DNA of 64,000 nt from Nocardioides sp. REDSEA-S33_B3 (GCA_001627335.1 LUPK01000042.1:8233-72232); one strand, 5' to 3'; shown: positions 19,735 through 30,700, counted from the first letter of the stretch. The notes: generated by a model from the letters alone, not told the origin. Numbers and translations: made by a program.

Positions 19735-21414
19735 TCACGAGGTCCCCGGTCCTCGGCGGCGTCCGAGGTTGGCCCGTCGGGTCTGCAGCGCGATGCGCAC
19801 CAGCATGCCCACCGAGCCCAGCACGGCCAGCACGAACACCGCCAGTGCCATCCGGCTGGTCAGCGACCCCTCGTCGTCGCTGCTGGCGGCCAGGATCGCG
19901 GCGGCCAGGATCATCGAGGCCAGGACCACCGCGGCGGCGAGGACGTTCGCGAGCTTGTGCAGGCCCCGCAGGAACTCGTCCTCGTCGATGGCGTCGACGC
20001 GCAGCTCGAAGTGCCCGCGCCCCAGGGCGTCGAAGGCCCGGTTGACCCGGCCGGGGAGCTCCTCGACGAACTCCTTGGTCTCCAGGAGCGTGGCCATCAT
20101 CGCGGCGGGCGTCGTGCGCATCGAGGACTGCATGATCCTGGTGACGTGCCGCTGCAGGGCCTCGCGCGGCTCGAACCGGGGATCGAGGGCGGTCGCCACC
20201 TGGTCGAGGTTGAGCAGTGCCTTGCCGAGCAGGGAGAGCTCGGGCTCCATCCGCAGGCCGGCCTCCCCGGCACGGACGGTGAGCTGGAGCACGAGCGAGC
20301 CGATCTCCAGCTCGCCCAGGCTCGCGTCGGCGGCGCGCCCCACGAGCTCGGCGACGGCACGCCCCAGCGCCCGTTCGTCGAAGTCCGGCAGCGGCTGACC
20401 GAGCCGGATCGCGATCCGGGTGACCTCCTCGGGACGAGCGTCGGCGAGCGCCAGGAGCAGCTTCACCAGGTGGTCGCGCACGGACGGCGCGATCCGGGCG
20501 ATCATGCCGATGTCGAGCAGCACCAGGCGTCCGTCCGGCGTCACCAGCACGTTGCCGGGGTGCGGGTCGGCGTGGAAGACGCCTTTGTCCAGGACCTGGT
20601 CGAGGTAGGCGGCGAAGAGCTCGTCGGCCAGCGCCGCGCCATCGAGGTCCATCCGCCCGAGAGGACCGATGTCGGTGATCTTGCGCCCCTCGACGTACTC
20701 CATGGTGAGCACGCGACCCGTCGTGAGCTCGGGCACCGGGGCGGGCACGACGAGCAGGTCTCGGCCCGCGACGAGCTCACGCACCCTGGCGAGGTTGTCC
20801 GCCTCGCGCCGGTAGTCCAGCTCGTCGACGAGCACCTTGCGGAACTCCTCGAGCAGGTCGGCGAACCCGAAGCGCCGGCCGGCGTCGGTGTGTCGGTCCA
20901 GCAGCCCGGCCAGGTCGGCGAGGACCTCCATGTCGTCGCGGATCCGCTCCCGGACACCGGGCCGCTGCACCTTGACCACGACCTCTCGCCCGTCACGCAA
21001 GCGTGCGCGGTGGACCTGCCCGATCGAGGCCGCTGCCATGGGGACCGGGTCGAACTCGGCGTACACCGACCTCAGCCTCACCTGGAGCTCGCTGCTCACG
21101 ATGTCCTCGACCTGCTCGAGGCCGAACGGCTCGACGTCGTCCTGCAGCCGGGAGAGCGCCTCGACGTAGGCCGGCGAGATGAGGTCGACCCGCGAGGACA
21201 TCAGCTGGCCGAGCTTCACGAACGTCGGGCCCATCGCCTCCAGGTCGGCGGCCAGGCGCTCGGCGTCGGCCTCGACGCGATCGGAGGCGGGCTCGTCCTC
21301 CAGGACCTCCGACAGGCCCGAGGAGCGGACCAGGTCCCCACGGCCGTGCCGCACGAGCAGGCCGGCGATCTGTCGGTAGCGGGTGAGATGGGCGGGGGAG
21401 AGGGAGAGCGACAT
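19735..21414 (-). CDS. ABC1/UbiB/AarF family atypical kinase
   Basis: [34 protein letters not shown]; two C-terminal TM helices. Confidence 0.93.
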   Translation of the reverse strand: MSLSLSPAHLTRYRQIAGLLVRHGRGDLVRSSGLSEVLEDEPASDRVEADAERLAADLEAMGPTFVKLGQLMSSRVDLISPAYVEALSRLQDDVEPFGLEQVEDIVSSELQVRLRSVYAEFDPVPMAAASIGQVHRARLRDGREVVVKVQRPGVRERIRDDMEVLADLAGLLDRHTDAGRRFGFADLLEEFRKVLVDELDYRREADNLARVRELVAGRDLLVVPAPVPELTTGRVLTMEYVEGRKITDIGPLGRMDLDGAALADELFAAYLDQVLDKGVFHADPHPGNVLVTPDGRLVLLDIGMIARIAPSVRDHLVKLLLALADARPEEVTRIAIRLGQPLPDFDERALGRAVAELVGRAADASLGELEIGSLVLQLTVRAGEAGLRMEPELSLLGKALLNLDQVATALDPRFEPREALQRHVTRIMQSSMRTTPAAMMATLLETKEFVEELPGRVNRAFDALGRGHFELRVDAIDEDEFLRGLHKLANVLAAAVVLASMILAAAILAASSDDEGSLTSRMALAVFVLAVLGSVGMLVRIALQTRRANLGRRRGPGTS

Positions 21415-21597
21415 GGCCGGTCCACGCTAGGCGGGCGGTGGGCTCTCCGCCTTCACCCGCAGGTGGGGATGGCCACCGGGGGATCGGGTACGCGACGGCA
21501 GGGGTGGCGGCCGGCCGCGTGCTCGACCGGATGCCGCTGACCCCCGCGGGCTGAGAACGACCGGGGCGAGCGGCGTGCCTCCACTACGGTGCCGCCC

Positions 21598-22833
21598 GTG
21601 CCCCGACTCAGTGACCCGCTGACCCTGCCCTCCGGACTCACACTGCCGCACCGCATCGCCAAGGCGCCGATGACCGAGAACCTCGCTGACTCCGAGCACC
21701 AGGCGACCCCGGCGCTGGAGGCGGTCTACCGCCGGTGGGCAGCCGGCGCGGCCGGGGGACTGCTGGTCACGGGCAACCTGATGGTCGACCGGCGCTACCT
21801 CGAGCGCAGCCGCAACGTCGTGGCCGACGAGCGGCTCGACGTGGCGCGGCTGGCCCGGGTCAGGCAGGCGTCGGGGGAGAGCCCGCTGATCGCCCAGCTG
21901 AGCCACCCCGGTCGCCAGACCAACCGCTTCATCACCGGGCGCCCGGTGGCGCCCAGCGCCGACGCGGGTGCGGTGCGGATGGCCGGGCTCTTCGCCAAGC
22001 CGCGTGCGCTCGAGGACGGCGAGACCGAGGCCATCGTCGCCGGCTTCGGCGCCTCGGCCCGGCGCTGCGAGGAGGCCGGCTTCGAGGGGGTGCAGGTCCA
22101 CGCAGCGCACGGCTACCTGCTGGCGCAGTTCCTGTCGCCGTACGTCAACCGCCGCAGCGACCGCTGGGGCGGCGACCTCGAGGGTCGGTCCCGGGCGCTC
22201 GTCGAGGCGGTGCGCTCGGTGCGGGCGAGCACCGGCGACGGGTTCACCGTCGCGGTGAAGCTGAACTCCTCGGACTTCCGCCACGGCGGCTTCACCGAGG
22301 ACGACGCCGAGCAGGTCGTGCGGATGCTGGTGGAGGAGGGCGTCGACCTCGTCGAGATCTCCGGTGGCACCTACGAGAACCCCGCCCTCTTCGGCGAGGT
22401 CGACGAGCTCGCCGAGCAGCGCGGGACCACCAGCCACAAGGAGGCCTACTTCGCCGGCTTCGCCCGCCGGGTGCGCGAGACAGCCGGTCGGGTGCCGGTG
22501 ATGCTCACCGGCGGCATCCGCACCCGCGCCACGATGGAGCAGCTGCTCGACGACGGCGGCGTGGACCTGATCGGCCTCGGCCGCCCCCTGGCCATCGAGC
22601 CCGACCTCACCGCCCGGCTGCTGGCCGGCGGCGACGGGCACCCGCTGCCGCGCTACTCGCTGCCGACGGTGGCCGGGCTGGCCGGCGAGTCGGAGTGGTA
22701 CGAGACGCAGATCGCCCGGATGGGGCGCGGCAAGGACCCCGACCCGGGCCTGCACGCGGCGGTCGCCGCGGCGCGCTTCGTCGGCGGTGAGATGGTGCGC
22801 GGGCTCGCGGGACGGCGTGCCCGCCGCGGCTGA
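21598..22833 (+). CDS. NADH:flavin oxidoreductase (Old Yellow Enzyme family)
   Basis: KAPMTE, QLSHPGRQ, HAAHGYLLAQFLSP, RSDRWGG, EISGG; TACGGT 7 nt before GTG 21598. Confidence 0.92.
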   Translation: MPRLSDPLTLPSGLTLPHRIAKAPMTENLADSEHQATPALEAVYRRWAAGAAGGLLVTGNLMVDRRYLERSRNVVADERLDVARLARVRQASGESPLIAQLSHPGRQTNRFITGRPVAPSADAGAVRMAGLFAKPRALEDGETEAIVAGFGASARRCEEAGFEGVQVHAAHGYLLAQFLSPYVNRRSDRWGGDLEGRSRALVEAVRSVRASTGDGFTVAVKLNSSDFRHGGFTEDDAEQVVRMLVEEGVDLVEISGGTYENPALFGEVDELAEQRGTTSHKEAYFAGFARRVRETAGRVPVMLTGGIRTRATMEQLLDDGGVDLIGLGRPLAIEPDLTARLLAGGDGHPLPRYSLPTVAGLAGESEWYETQIARMGRGKDPDPGLHAAVAAARFVGGEMVRGLAGRRARRG

Positions 22834-22851
22834 GGGGGTCTCAGCGCCGGC

Positions 22852-23139
22852 TCAGGCGCCCGGCACGATCCGCAGGTCGCGCGCCGCGCCGTCGCCCAGC
22901 GCCGCCAAGGCCTCCTGATAAGCCGCGGAGTCGTGGCAGGCGACGGCGTCCTCGACGCTGTCGAACTCGATGACCACGCAGCGCTCCTCGCGACCTGCCT
23001 CGTACGTCGCCGCCGGGAGGCCCCGCGCCAGGAACCTGCCCCCGGCGCCGATGATGGCCGGACCGGCGAGCTCGGCGTACGCGCGGAGCTTCGCCTCGTC
23101 GGTGATCTCGAGGTAGCTGCTGACCCAGTAGGCGCTCAT
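22852..23139 (-). CDS. DUF1330 family protein
   Basis: MSAY, GGRFLARG, VVIEFDS, SAAYQ. Confidence 0.88.
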   Translation of the reverse strand: MSAYWVSSYLEITDEAKLRAYAELAGPAIIGAGGRFLARGLPAATYEAGREERCVVIEFDSVEDAVACHDSAAYQEALAALGDGAARDLRIVPGA

Positions 23140-23191
23140 GGGCCCATCCTGACGGAGCCGGTCCAGGCGGGGCCGACCACCCCGGTCCGCG

Positions 23192-24202
23192 TCAGCGCCG
23201 CGGGGCCGGCTGCGTCGCCGCCGCCGGCACCGGGAGCAGGCCCAGCACCCCGTCGAGCACGTCGTCGAGGACGTCGGTCGTGGCGTCGGTGGTGCCGGTC
23301 AGGACACCGGTGACCGGCGACAGCGCGTCGCCCGTCACGCCGTCGACGGTGCCCACCAGGCCCCCCACGACCGGGTCCAGCAGGAGCGAGGCCAGCCCGG
23401 GGCTGCGTGACGGTGTCGTCGGGGTCGGAGGTGTCGTCGGGGTCGGGGTGCCGCTGGCGGTCGGAGCGGGGGCGGACGGTCCCGGCCCACCCGAGGGCGT
23501 GCTGCCCGGCTGCGGGGGGATCGGGTCCCCGGCGGCCACGACCGGCTGCGGGCTCGGCGCCGAGGTGGGCGACGAGGGTGCCGGCGGCGGCGTCGAGGAC
23601 GAGGAACCCGCGTCGCGGGGCGAGAGGAAGGGCAGTACCGAGCCCAGCGGACCGGCGGCCACCTGGACGGCCAGCACCGCGGCCACACCGGCCGCCGCGA
23701 TCGCGCCGGCGCCGAGGGCGGCACTGCGCCACCGCGGGCGGCTGACGCGGGCGGGCTCGTAGGTGACCTCGTCGGGATCGGGGAGCAGGTCGTCGAGCGG
23801 CACCGCGGCCGGGGCCGCTCCTGCGAGCTCGGCGACGGCCGCAGTGGAGGCGGTGAGCAGCGCGGCGGCCACCCCGCGGTCGCGGTAGGCCGGGTGGACC
23901 AGCAGGTGCCGGGACTCGGGTGCGCCCTCGGAGGTGGCCAGCACGTCGGCGTACCCCACGACGGTGCGGGTGGGCTGGGCCGGGTCGAGGACCACGCCGG
24001 ACCAGGCCGGCCGCTCGCGGTGCAGCCACGCACCCGCACGCACGGTCCCGGCGGCGACCTCGGGGGCCACCGAGGGGTCCTCGGCCACGACGTCCTCCAG
24101 CAGGCGACCCACCAGGCCGCGGTCCGCCGGGCGCGGTGGCTCGACCTGCCAGGGGGCGGGCGACGTGGCGGGAGTGACCGAGGGGTCGGCGGGGGAGGGC
24201 AT
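23192..24202 (-). CDS. GNAT-like domain fused to TM helix and Pro/Thr-rich tail
   Basis: LLVHPAYRDRGVAAALL acetyl-CoA motif A; hydrophobic helix; PTPTTPPTPTTP region. Confidence 0.65.
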   Translation of the reverse strand: MPSPADPSVTPATSPAPWQVEPPRPADRGLVGRLLEDVVAEDPSVAPEVAAGTVRAGAWLHRERPAWSGVVLDPAQPTRTVVGYADVLATSEGAPESRHLLVHPAYRDRGVAAALLTASTAAVAELAGAAPAAVPLDDLLPDPDEVTYEPARVSRPRWRSAALGAGAIAAAGVAAVLAVQVAAGPLGSVLPFLSPRDAGSSSSTPPPAPSSPTSAPSPQPVVAAGDPIPPQPGSTPSGGPGPSAPAPTASGTPTPTTPPTPTTPSRSPGLASLLLDPVVGGLVGTVDGVTGDALSPVTGVLTGTTDATTDVLDDVLDGVLGLLPVPAAATQPAPRR

Positions 24203-24252
24203 GACCTGCCCATCATGCCGTGTCCGGAGCATCCGCGTGGGAGGTTGGACCC

Positions 24253-25026
24253 GTGGCAGAGCGTGAGGTCCGGCTCATGGACGGTGGGCACGTCGTCCTC
24301 GTCGACGGTCGACCCCAGTCGCACGTCGACCTCGCCGACCCCACCCGGCTGGCCTTCGACTACGTACGCCGGATGGGCGACGTCGTCGACGCGCTCGGGG
24401 ACCCCGGAGCCCCGATGCGTGCGATCCACGTCGGCGGGGCCGGCATGACCCTGCCCCGCTACCTCGCCGCCACGCGTCCCGGGTCACGCCAGACGGTCCT
24501 CGAGCCCGACGAGGAGCTGACCGCGCTGGTCCGTCGTGACCTCCCGCTGCCACCGCGCAGCGGGATCAAGGTGCGACCCGTCGACGGCCGCGCCGGCCTG
24601 GTCGACCTGCCGGACGGCCGCGCGGACCTCCTCGTCCTCGACGCGTACGACGACGGGCTGGTGCCGCCCGAGCTCCTGACCGCTCCCGCGCTGGCCGAGG
24701 TGGCCCGGGTGCTGGCACCGACCGGCGTGGCCCTGCTCAACGTGGTCGACCGGGCGCCGTTCCCCGTCATCCGGTCGACCGTGGCCGGGCTGCGGGCGGT
24801 GCTGCCGCACCTGGCGGCCGGGCTGGAGCCCGCGACCAGGCGGGCCCGACGCCCCGGCAACGTGCTGCTGCTGGCGGGCGCCGCGCCGGTCCCCGTGGAG
24901 GCGTGGCGGGCCCGGTCGAGCACCGGACTGTCGCCGTACCAGGTGCTGGACGGTGGGCAGGTCTCGTCCAGCTTCGGCGGGGGGACTCCCGCTCAGGAGG
25001 CGGACACGGCATGCTGGCCCGGGTGA
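24253..25026 (+). CDS. spermidine synthase-like SAM-dependent methyltransferase
   Basis: PQSHVDL, HVGGAGMTL, DGRA, LVLDAY. Confidence 0.85.
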   Translation: MAEREVRLMDGGHVVLVDGRPQSHVDLADPTRLAFDYVRRMGDVVDALGDPGAPMRAIHVGGAGMTLPRYLAATRPGSRQTVLEPDEELTALVRRDLPLPPRSGIKVRPVDGRAGLVDLPDGRADLLVLDAYDDGLVPPELLTAPALAEVARVLAPTGVALLNVVDRAPFPVIRSTVAGLRAVLPHLAAGLEPATRRARRPGNVLLLAGAAPVPVEAWRARSSTGLSPYQVLDGGQVSSSFGGGTPAQEADTACWPG

Positions 25027-25511
25027 AGACACTCAAGAGCCTGACCCATACCCTCCGCCGCCCCTCGGCCCTCCTCGGCGCCGGTGCGCTCGCGGCCTCC
25101 CTCGCCCTCACCGGGTGCAGCGGCAGCGACACCGAGGCCTACTGCGACTCCCTCGAGGGCGCCAAGTCCGACATCGACGCCCTGGAGGCGGGCGACCCCG
25201 GCGCCTTCAGCACCGCCTTCGAGGCCTTCGACGAGCTGGCCGACGAGGCCCCGAAGGAGGTCGAGGACGACTGGGCCGTCTTGCAGGACGGCGTGCAGGA
25301 GATCGAGGACGCCTTCGCCGACGCCGGCCTCGCGCTCGACGACCTGTCCGATGTCATGACCGGCGACATCCCCGAGGGCGTCGACCTCGAGAAGCTGCAG
25401 GAGCTCGGCACCACGCTCGAGGAGCTCGACAGCGAGGAGTTCAACGACGCCACCGAGGCGATCTCCGAGCACGCCGAGGAGGAGTGCGGGATCACCCTCG
25501 GCGAGGAGTGA
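25011..25511 (+). CDS. small acidic putative lipoprotein
   Basis: LTGC lipobox; YC...EECG cysteine pair; D/E-rich helices; start uncertain. Confidence 0.75.
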   Translation: MLARVKTLKSLTHTLRRPSALLGAGALAASLALTGCSGSDTEAYCDSLEGAKSDIDALEAGDPGAFSTAFEAFDELADEAPKEVEDDWAVLQDGVQEIEDAFADAGLALDDLSDVMTGDIPEGVDLEKLQELGTTLEELDSEEFNDATEAISEHAEEECGITLGEE

Positions 25512-25524
25512 GCACGGGCCTGGC

Positions 25525-26574
25525 TCAGGCCAGGTCGGGATGGGCGCGCCCCGCCACGAGCGGCAGGTCGAGGTAGGTCTGCACGCCGGGCGGGGCCGCC
25601 ACCACGTAGGGGACCGAGTTCACGCAGTGCACCGCGGTCGCCACGATGCCGGGGTTGCGCAGCAGCCCCTCCTCGACGGTCTCGGGCTGCCAGCCCTTGA
25701 TCGTGACGAAGGCGGGCGGGTCACCCTGCACCTCGACCTCGAAGCGCTCGCCCTCGGGCCCGAAGGTCCACGGCGGGTCGAGGTGCTCCTCGCCCATCAA
25801 CCAGTTGACCGCCACCCGCACCACGCACTGCTCGCCGACCCAGGCCTCCCAGCAGAAGCGCTGGCCGGCGACGCGGCCCGGCTCGATCACCCCGATGGGC
25901 GACTCGATCGGCGCGGTGGCCACGGCCACCTCCTGGGAGGTGCGGATCTCGGCGTCGGGCGAGAAGCCCAGCACGTCCAGGCACATCCGCACCGACTGCT
26001 TGAAACCGCCGCTGAGCAGGCCGAGCATCGGCCCGCCGGACGCCTCCTCCGGTGTGCCGTCGAACATCATGATGTGGCGCACCACGTCGGGCGCGTCATA
26101 GGTGCGGATGTCGGAGAACTCCTCCCCGCGCACGTGCGTCACCGCCGAGGACAGGGCCGAGAACACCAACGGGTGCAGCTCGGTGATGCCGCCCGGGTTC
26201 AGCCCCGTGCCGTGCAGGGACACCCCCGCCTCGAGCGCCGCCGCCTCCACCACGGCCCGGTCCCGCTCGTGGGGGTAGAACCAGCCCACCGGCGTCACGA
26301 CGTTCTTGCCCGAGCGCAGGATGGCCGCGACCTCCTCCGCGTCCGGCACGAGCGGGGCGTAGACCACGGCGTCGGCGTCCATCGCCAGCACGGCGTCGCG
26401 GTCGGCGCTGGCGGCCACGCCGATCTCCGCCCCGCCCAGGATCGTCCCCACGTCGACGCCGTCCTTGGCCGCCGAGTGCACCCAGCACCCGACCAGCTCG
26501 AGCTCGGGGTGCTTGAGGATCGCCTCGATCGCCGCTCGTCCCACGCCGCCGGTCGCCCACTGGATCACACGCAT
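25525..26574 (-). CDS. dihydrodipicolinate reductase-like / diaminopentanoate dehydrogenase family oxidoreductase
   Basis: RVIQWATGGVG, GKNVVT, HGTGLNPG, ATAVHCVN. Confidence 0.85.
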   Translation of the reverse strand: MRVIQWATGGVGRAAIEAILKHPELELVGCWVHSAAKDGVDVGTILGGAEIGVAASADRDAVLAMDADAVVYAPLVPDAEEVAAILRSGKNVVTPVGWFYPHERDRAVVEAAALEAGVSLHGTGLNPGGITELHPLVFSALSSAVTHVRGEEFSDIRTYDAPDVVRHIMMFDGTPEEASGGPMLGLLSGGFKQSVRMCLDVLGFSPDAEIRTSQEVAVATAPIESPIGVIEPGRVAGQRFCWEAWVGEQCVVRVAVNWLMGEEHLDPPWTFGPEGERFEVEVQGDPPAFVTIKGWQPETVEEGLLRNPGIVATAVHCVNSVPYVVAAPPGVQTYLDLPLVAGRAHPDLA

Positions 26575-26755
26575 GCGCGGCAGCGTGGCAGAGGACGCCC
26601 GCGAGCGGTAGGGGTCGCCCGGGGTGCCCCGCTACACTTCGCTGGTCATCCGCCCTTGATCGCAAAGGACCCTGAGCTCCGCTGATGGACGGCTCCCAAA
26701 GTCGCCCGCTCTTCCCGCCCGTCGCCGCTGAGCGACCGTCCCGGGGAGAGCGCCG

Positions 26756-28111
26756 ATGACCGCCCTGCTGCTCCTGCTGGCAGCCCTGCTCCTCGTCGTG
26801 GCCTGCGGCATCTTCGTCGCCGCCGAGTTCGCGCTCGTCACCGTCGACCGCAACAAGGTCGACCAGCTCGCCTCCGCGGGCGACGCCGGTGCCGTCGGCG
26901 TCCAGCGCGCCCTGCGCTCGCTGTCGACCCAGCTCTCCGGCGCCCAGGTCGGCATCACGCTGACCAACCTCGGCATCGGCTACCTCGCCGAGCCCGCGAT
27001 CTCCTCCCTCATCGAGGACCCGCTCGGCGCCGCCGGGGTGCCCGACGGCGCGGTGACGCCGATCGCGCTGGCCCTGGGCCTGATCATCAGCACGATCCTG
27101 ACCATGCTCTTCGGCGAGCTGGTGCCCAAGAACTTCGCGATCGCGCTGCCGCTGGCCACCGCCCGCGCGACCCAGCGCCCGATGCGGCTGTTCACCGCCG
27201 TGAACACCTACCCCATCCGGTTCCTCAACGGCGCCGCCAACGCGCTCGTACGCCGGCTCGGGATCGAGCCCCAGGAGGAGCTGCGCTCCGCGCGCAGCTC
27301 GACCGAGCTCGCCTCGCTGATCGCGCGCTCCGCCGACGAGGGCACCCTCGACGCGGACACCGCCGAGCTGATGGAGCGCTCGGTGGAGTTCGGCACCCGC
27401 ACGGCGGGCGAGATCATGACCCCGCGGATGCGCACGCTGTCGCTGGAGCTCAACGACCGTGCGCAGGCGATCATCGACCTCACCCGCTCCAGCGGGCACT
27501 CGCGGTTCCCCGTGCTCGACGAGGAGCACAACGTCGCCGGCACGGTCCACGTCAAGCACGCCGTGGCGCTGCCGGTCCACGAGCGCTCGACCACCAAGGT
27601 CAAGCACCTGATGGCCAAGCCGATCGTCGTGCCGGACTCCCTGCGCCTCGACCCGCTGCTGCAGCTGCTGCGCGAGGACGGGTTCCAGATGGCCGTGGTC
27701 CTCGACGAGTACGGCGGCCACGCCGGCATCGTCACCCTCGAGGACGTCATCGAGGAGATCGTCGGTGACATCTCCGACGAGCACGACCGGCTCGGCTCCC
27801 GCGGCCGACAGCGCCGCGACGGCAGCTGGGTGCTCTCCGGGATGCTGCGACCCGACGAGGTCGAGGACCTGACCGGGATCGAGCTGCCCGAGGACGAGTC
27901 CTACGACACCGTCGGAGGCCTGGTGATGCGCTCGCTCGGCAAGGTGCCGGAGACCGGCGACATCGCGGAGGTGCCCGTGCCCGACCGCACCGACCCCGAC
28001 GAGCCCCGCGAGCAGCTCGCGGTGCTGGCCGTGGAGCACATGGACGGCCTGCGGGTCGACCGCGTCTCGCTGCGGCTGCTCGACACCCCGACGGCAGGTG
28101 AGGAGGCATGA
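26756..28111 (+). CDS. hemolysin-family CNNM/CBS/CorC protein
   Basis: FVAAEFA, AQVGIT, GELVPK, HSRFPV, DEYGG, TLED. Confidence 0.93.
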   Translation: MTALLLLLAALLLVVACGIFVAAEFALVTVDRNKVDQLASAGDAGAVGVQRALRSLSTQLSGAQVGITLTNLGIGYLAEPAISSLIEDPLGAAGVPDGAVTPIALALGLIISTILTMLFGELVPKNFAIALPLATARATQRPMRLFTAVNTYPIRFLNGAANALVRRLGIEPQEELRSARSSTELASLIARSADEGTLDADTAELMERSVEFGTRTAGEIMTPRMRTLSLELNDRAQAIIDLTRSSGHSRFPVLDEEHNVAGTVHVKHAVALPVHERSTTKVKHLMAKPIVVPDSLRLDPLLQLLREDGFQMAVVLDEYGGHAGIVTLEDVIEEIVGDISDEHDRLGSRGRQRRDGSWVLSGMLRPDEVEDLTGIELPEDESYDTVGGLVMRSLGKVPETGDIAEVPVPDRTDPDEPREQLAVLAVEHMDGLRVDRVSLRLLDTPTAGEEA

Positions 28112-29181
28112 GCGACGCCACCGCCCTGGTCATCGCGGTCCTGCTGCTGGCCGCCAACGCGTTCTTCGTCGGCGCGGAGTTCGCCCTGGTCTCCGCCCGC
28201 CGCTCCCAGATCGAGCCGCTCGCGCAGTCCGGCTCGAGGATGGCGCGGAGCACCCTGCGGGCCATGGAGAACGTGTCGTTGATGATGGCCGGCGCCCAGC
28301 TGGGCATCACCATCTGCTCGGTCGGCCTCGGTGCCGTCGGCGAGCCGGCCGTCGCCCACCTGATCGAGCCGCTCTTCGAGCGGGCCGGGGTCACCGAGGC
28401 GCTGGTCCACCCCGTGGCGTTCGTGGTCGCCCTGGCGATCGTGGTCTGCCTGCACGTCGTCCTCGGCGAGATGGTGCCGAAGAACATCGCGATCGCGGGC
28501 CCCGACCGGGCCGCGCTCGTCCTCGGCCCGCCGATGCTGGGCGTCGTGACCGTGCTGCGGCCGATCATCGTCTCGCTCAACGCCATCGCCAACGGCACCC
28601 TGCGCCTGCTCAAGGTCGAGCCCAAGGACGAGCTGTCCTCGGCGTTCACGCGCGAGGAGGTCGCGGCCCTCGTGGAGGAGTCGCGCGGCGAGGGCCTGCT
28701 CGAGGACGACGAGTACGACCGGTTGGCCGGTGCCCTCGGTTTCACCGAGAAGACCGTCGCGGCCGTCCTGCTCGAGCCGTCGTCGCTGACCACGGTCTCG
28801 CGCGGGTCCAGCGCCGCGGACGTCGAGTCGCTGTGCGCCGCCACCGGCTACAGCCGCTTCCCGGTCGCCGGCGAGGACGGTGAGCTGGTCGGCTACCTGC
28901 ACATCAAGGACGTGCTCGAGCCCGACGAGGAGCGCCGCAACCGGCCGGTCGAGGACAAGTGGGTGCGCCCGTTCGCCCCCGTGGGCCCCGACGACCTGCT
29001 GCACGACGTGCTGGAGCAGCTCCAGCGCCGGGGGGCGCACATGGCGCGGGTCGTGACCGCCGACGGCACCACCGTCGGGCTGGCCACTCTCGAGGACGTC
29101 ATCGAGGAGCTGGTCGGCGAGATCCGCGACGCGGCGCACCACGACGAGCCGTCCGACGTCGTACCCCCCGTCATTGGCTAG
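28108..29181 (+). CDS. hemolysin-family CNNM/CBS protein
   Basis: FVGAEFA, GEMVPKN, YSRFPV, TLEDVIEELVGEI. Confidence 0.93.
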   Translation: MSDATALVIAVLLLAANAFFVGAEFALVSARRSQIEPLAQSGSRMARSTLRAMENVSLMMAGAQLGITICSVGLGAVGEPAVAHLIEPLFERAGVTEALVHPVAFVVALAIVVCLHVVLGEMVPKNIAIAGPDRAALVLGPPMLGVVTVLRPIIVSLNAIANGTLRLLKVEPKDELSSAFTREEVAALVEESRGEGLLEDDEYDRLAGALGFTEKTVAAVLLEPSSLTTVSRGSSAADVESLCAATGYSRFPVAGEDGELVGYLHIKDVLEPDEERRNRPVEDKWVRPFAPVGPDDLLHDVLEQLQRRGAHMARVVTADGTTVGLATLEDVIEELVGEIRDAAHHDEPSDVVPPVIG

Positions 29182-29191
29182 GGTCCTGCGG

Positions 29192-29824
29192 GTGACCGAG
29201 CGAGCGACGGCGGGGACGGACGCAGGGGTGTGGACCCTGCCCAACCTGCTCAGCGCCATCCGGCTGGCCGGGGTCCCGGTCTTCCTCTGGCTGGTGCTCG
29301 GTCCCGAGGCCGACGCCTGGGCGCTGGGGCTGCTGGTCCTGTCGGGGGTCACCGACTGGCTCGACGGCTGGCTGGCTCGACGGCTCGGGCAGACCTCCGT
29401 CCTGGGGCAGGTCCTCGACCCGGTCGCCGACCGGCTCTACATCCTGGCCGTGGTCGTGGGCCTGGCCATGCGTGACGTCATCCCGTGGTGGCTGGCGGTG
29501 TCGCTGCCGCTGCGCGACGCACTGATGTGGCTGCTGGTGCCGCTGCTGCGCACCCGTGGGTACAGCGCGCTCCCGGTCCACTTCCTCGGGAAGGCCGCCA
29601 CCTTCAACCTGCTCTACGCGTTCCCGCTGCTGCTGCTCGGCGACGGTGAGGGCACCGTGGCCGAGCTCGCCCAGGTCTTCGGCTGGGCCTTCGCCTTCTG
29701 GGGCGTCGGGCTCTACTGGTGGGCCGGGCTGCTCTACGCCTGGCAGGTCCGCAAGCTGCTGCGCACCACCGAGCGCCGCCCCCGACCCGCGCGGTCGGCA
29801 GGGACGGCCGGCACGGCGGGCTGA
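29192..29824 (+). CDS. CDP-alcohol phosphatidyltransferase (PgsA2-like)
   Basis: TLPNLLS, DWLDGWLAR, G..LDPVADR. Confidence 0.92.
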   Translation: MTERATAGTDAGVWTLPNLLSAIRLAGVPVFLWLVLGPEADAWALGLLVLSGVTDWLDGWLARRLGQTSVLGQVLDPVADRLYILAVVVGLAMRDVIPWWLAVSLPLRDALMWLLVPLLRTRGYSALPVHFLGKAATFNLLYAFPLLLLGDGEGTVAELAQVFGWAFAFWGVGLYWWAGLLYAWQVRKLLRTTERRPRPARSAGTAGTAG

Positions 29825-29827
29825 CCG

Positions 29828-30700
29828 GTGGTCGACCTCGAGCCGCCCGTCACCGCGGACCCGCGCGCGCGGGCCGCGACGCCGCTGCTGTCGCTCATCA
29901 CCGCGCAGTCCATGGACGAGGACTACGCGCACGTCGCCCGTCGTCGCGCGGCGGCGGGGGAGACCACCCAGCGCCGTGGCACGCCGCACCGGACCGCGGC
30001 CATCGTCGTCGCCGCCTTCGGCGTGCTCGCGACCACCGCGGCCGTGCAGACCGCCCAGGGCGCCGACGAGGCGCAGTCGAGCCGGACGGTGCTCGTGGCC
30101 CGCGTGGTGGAGCGTCGCGAGACCGTCGAGCAGCTCCAGGACCGCATCCTCGCGCTGCGTTCGGAGGTCGAGGAGTCCGAGCAGCTGCTGGCCGCGACGA
30201 CCGCCAACCAGGTGACGGCGCAGAGCCGGCTGCGCCGGCTGCAGATCCGCACCGGGTTCATCGCCGTGCGCGGCGAAGGGGTGCGGATCACCATGAGCGA
30301 CGCCCCGCCGGGTGGTGAGCTGATCCGTGACACCGACCTGCAGCTGCTCGTCAACGGGCTGTGGCAGGCGGGGGCCGAGGCGATCAGCATCAACGGTCAG
30401 CGACTCACGGTCCGCAGTGCGATCGAGAACTCCGGGTCGGTCGTCAACATCAACAGCCAGCCGCTGCGCTCGCCCTACGTCGTGAACGCGGTGGGGGACC
30501 GGCGTACCCTCCAGGCAGACCTGCTGGCCAGCGACAGCGGCATCGGGGTCGCGGACCTGGTGACACGGTTCGGGTTCGGCTTCGAGATGGTCAACGTCGA
30601 GGAGCTCGTCCTCCCGGCCGCCGCCCCCAGGACGCTGCGCCACGCCGAGCCGCTGCCCGCTGACGACGGACCCCGAGACCCCGAGGAGGGCACCCCGTGA
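29828..30700 (+). CDS. DUF881 family protein
   Basis: TM plus coiled coil, GEGVRIT, NGLWQAGAEAISINGQR, SPY. Confidence 0.9.
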   Translation: MVDLEPPVTADPRARAATPLLSLITAQSMDEDYAHVARRRAAAGETTQRRGTPHRTAAIVVAAFGVLATTAAVQTAQGADEAQSSRTVLVARVVERRETVEQLQDRILALRSEVEESEQLLAATTANQVTAQSRLRRLQIRTGFIAVRGEGVRITMSDAPPGGELIRDTDLQLLVNGLWQAGAEAISINGQRLTVRSAIENSGSVVNINSQPLRSPYVVNAVGDRRTLQADLLASDSGIGVADLVTRFGFGFEMVNVEELVLPAAAPRTLRHAEPLPADDGPRDPEEGTP

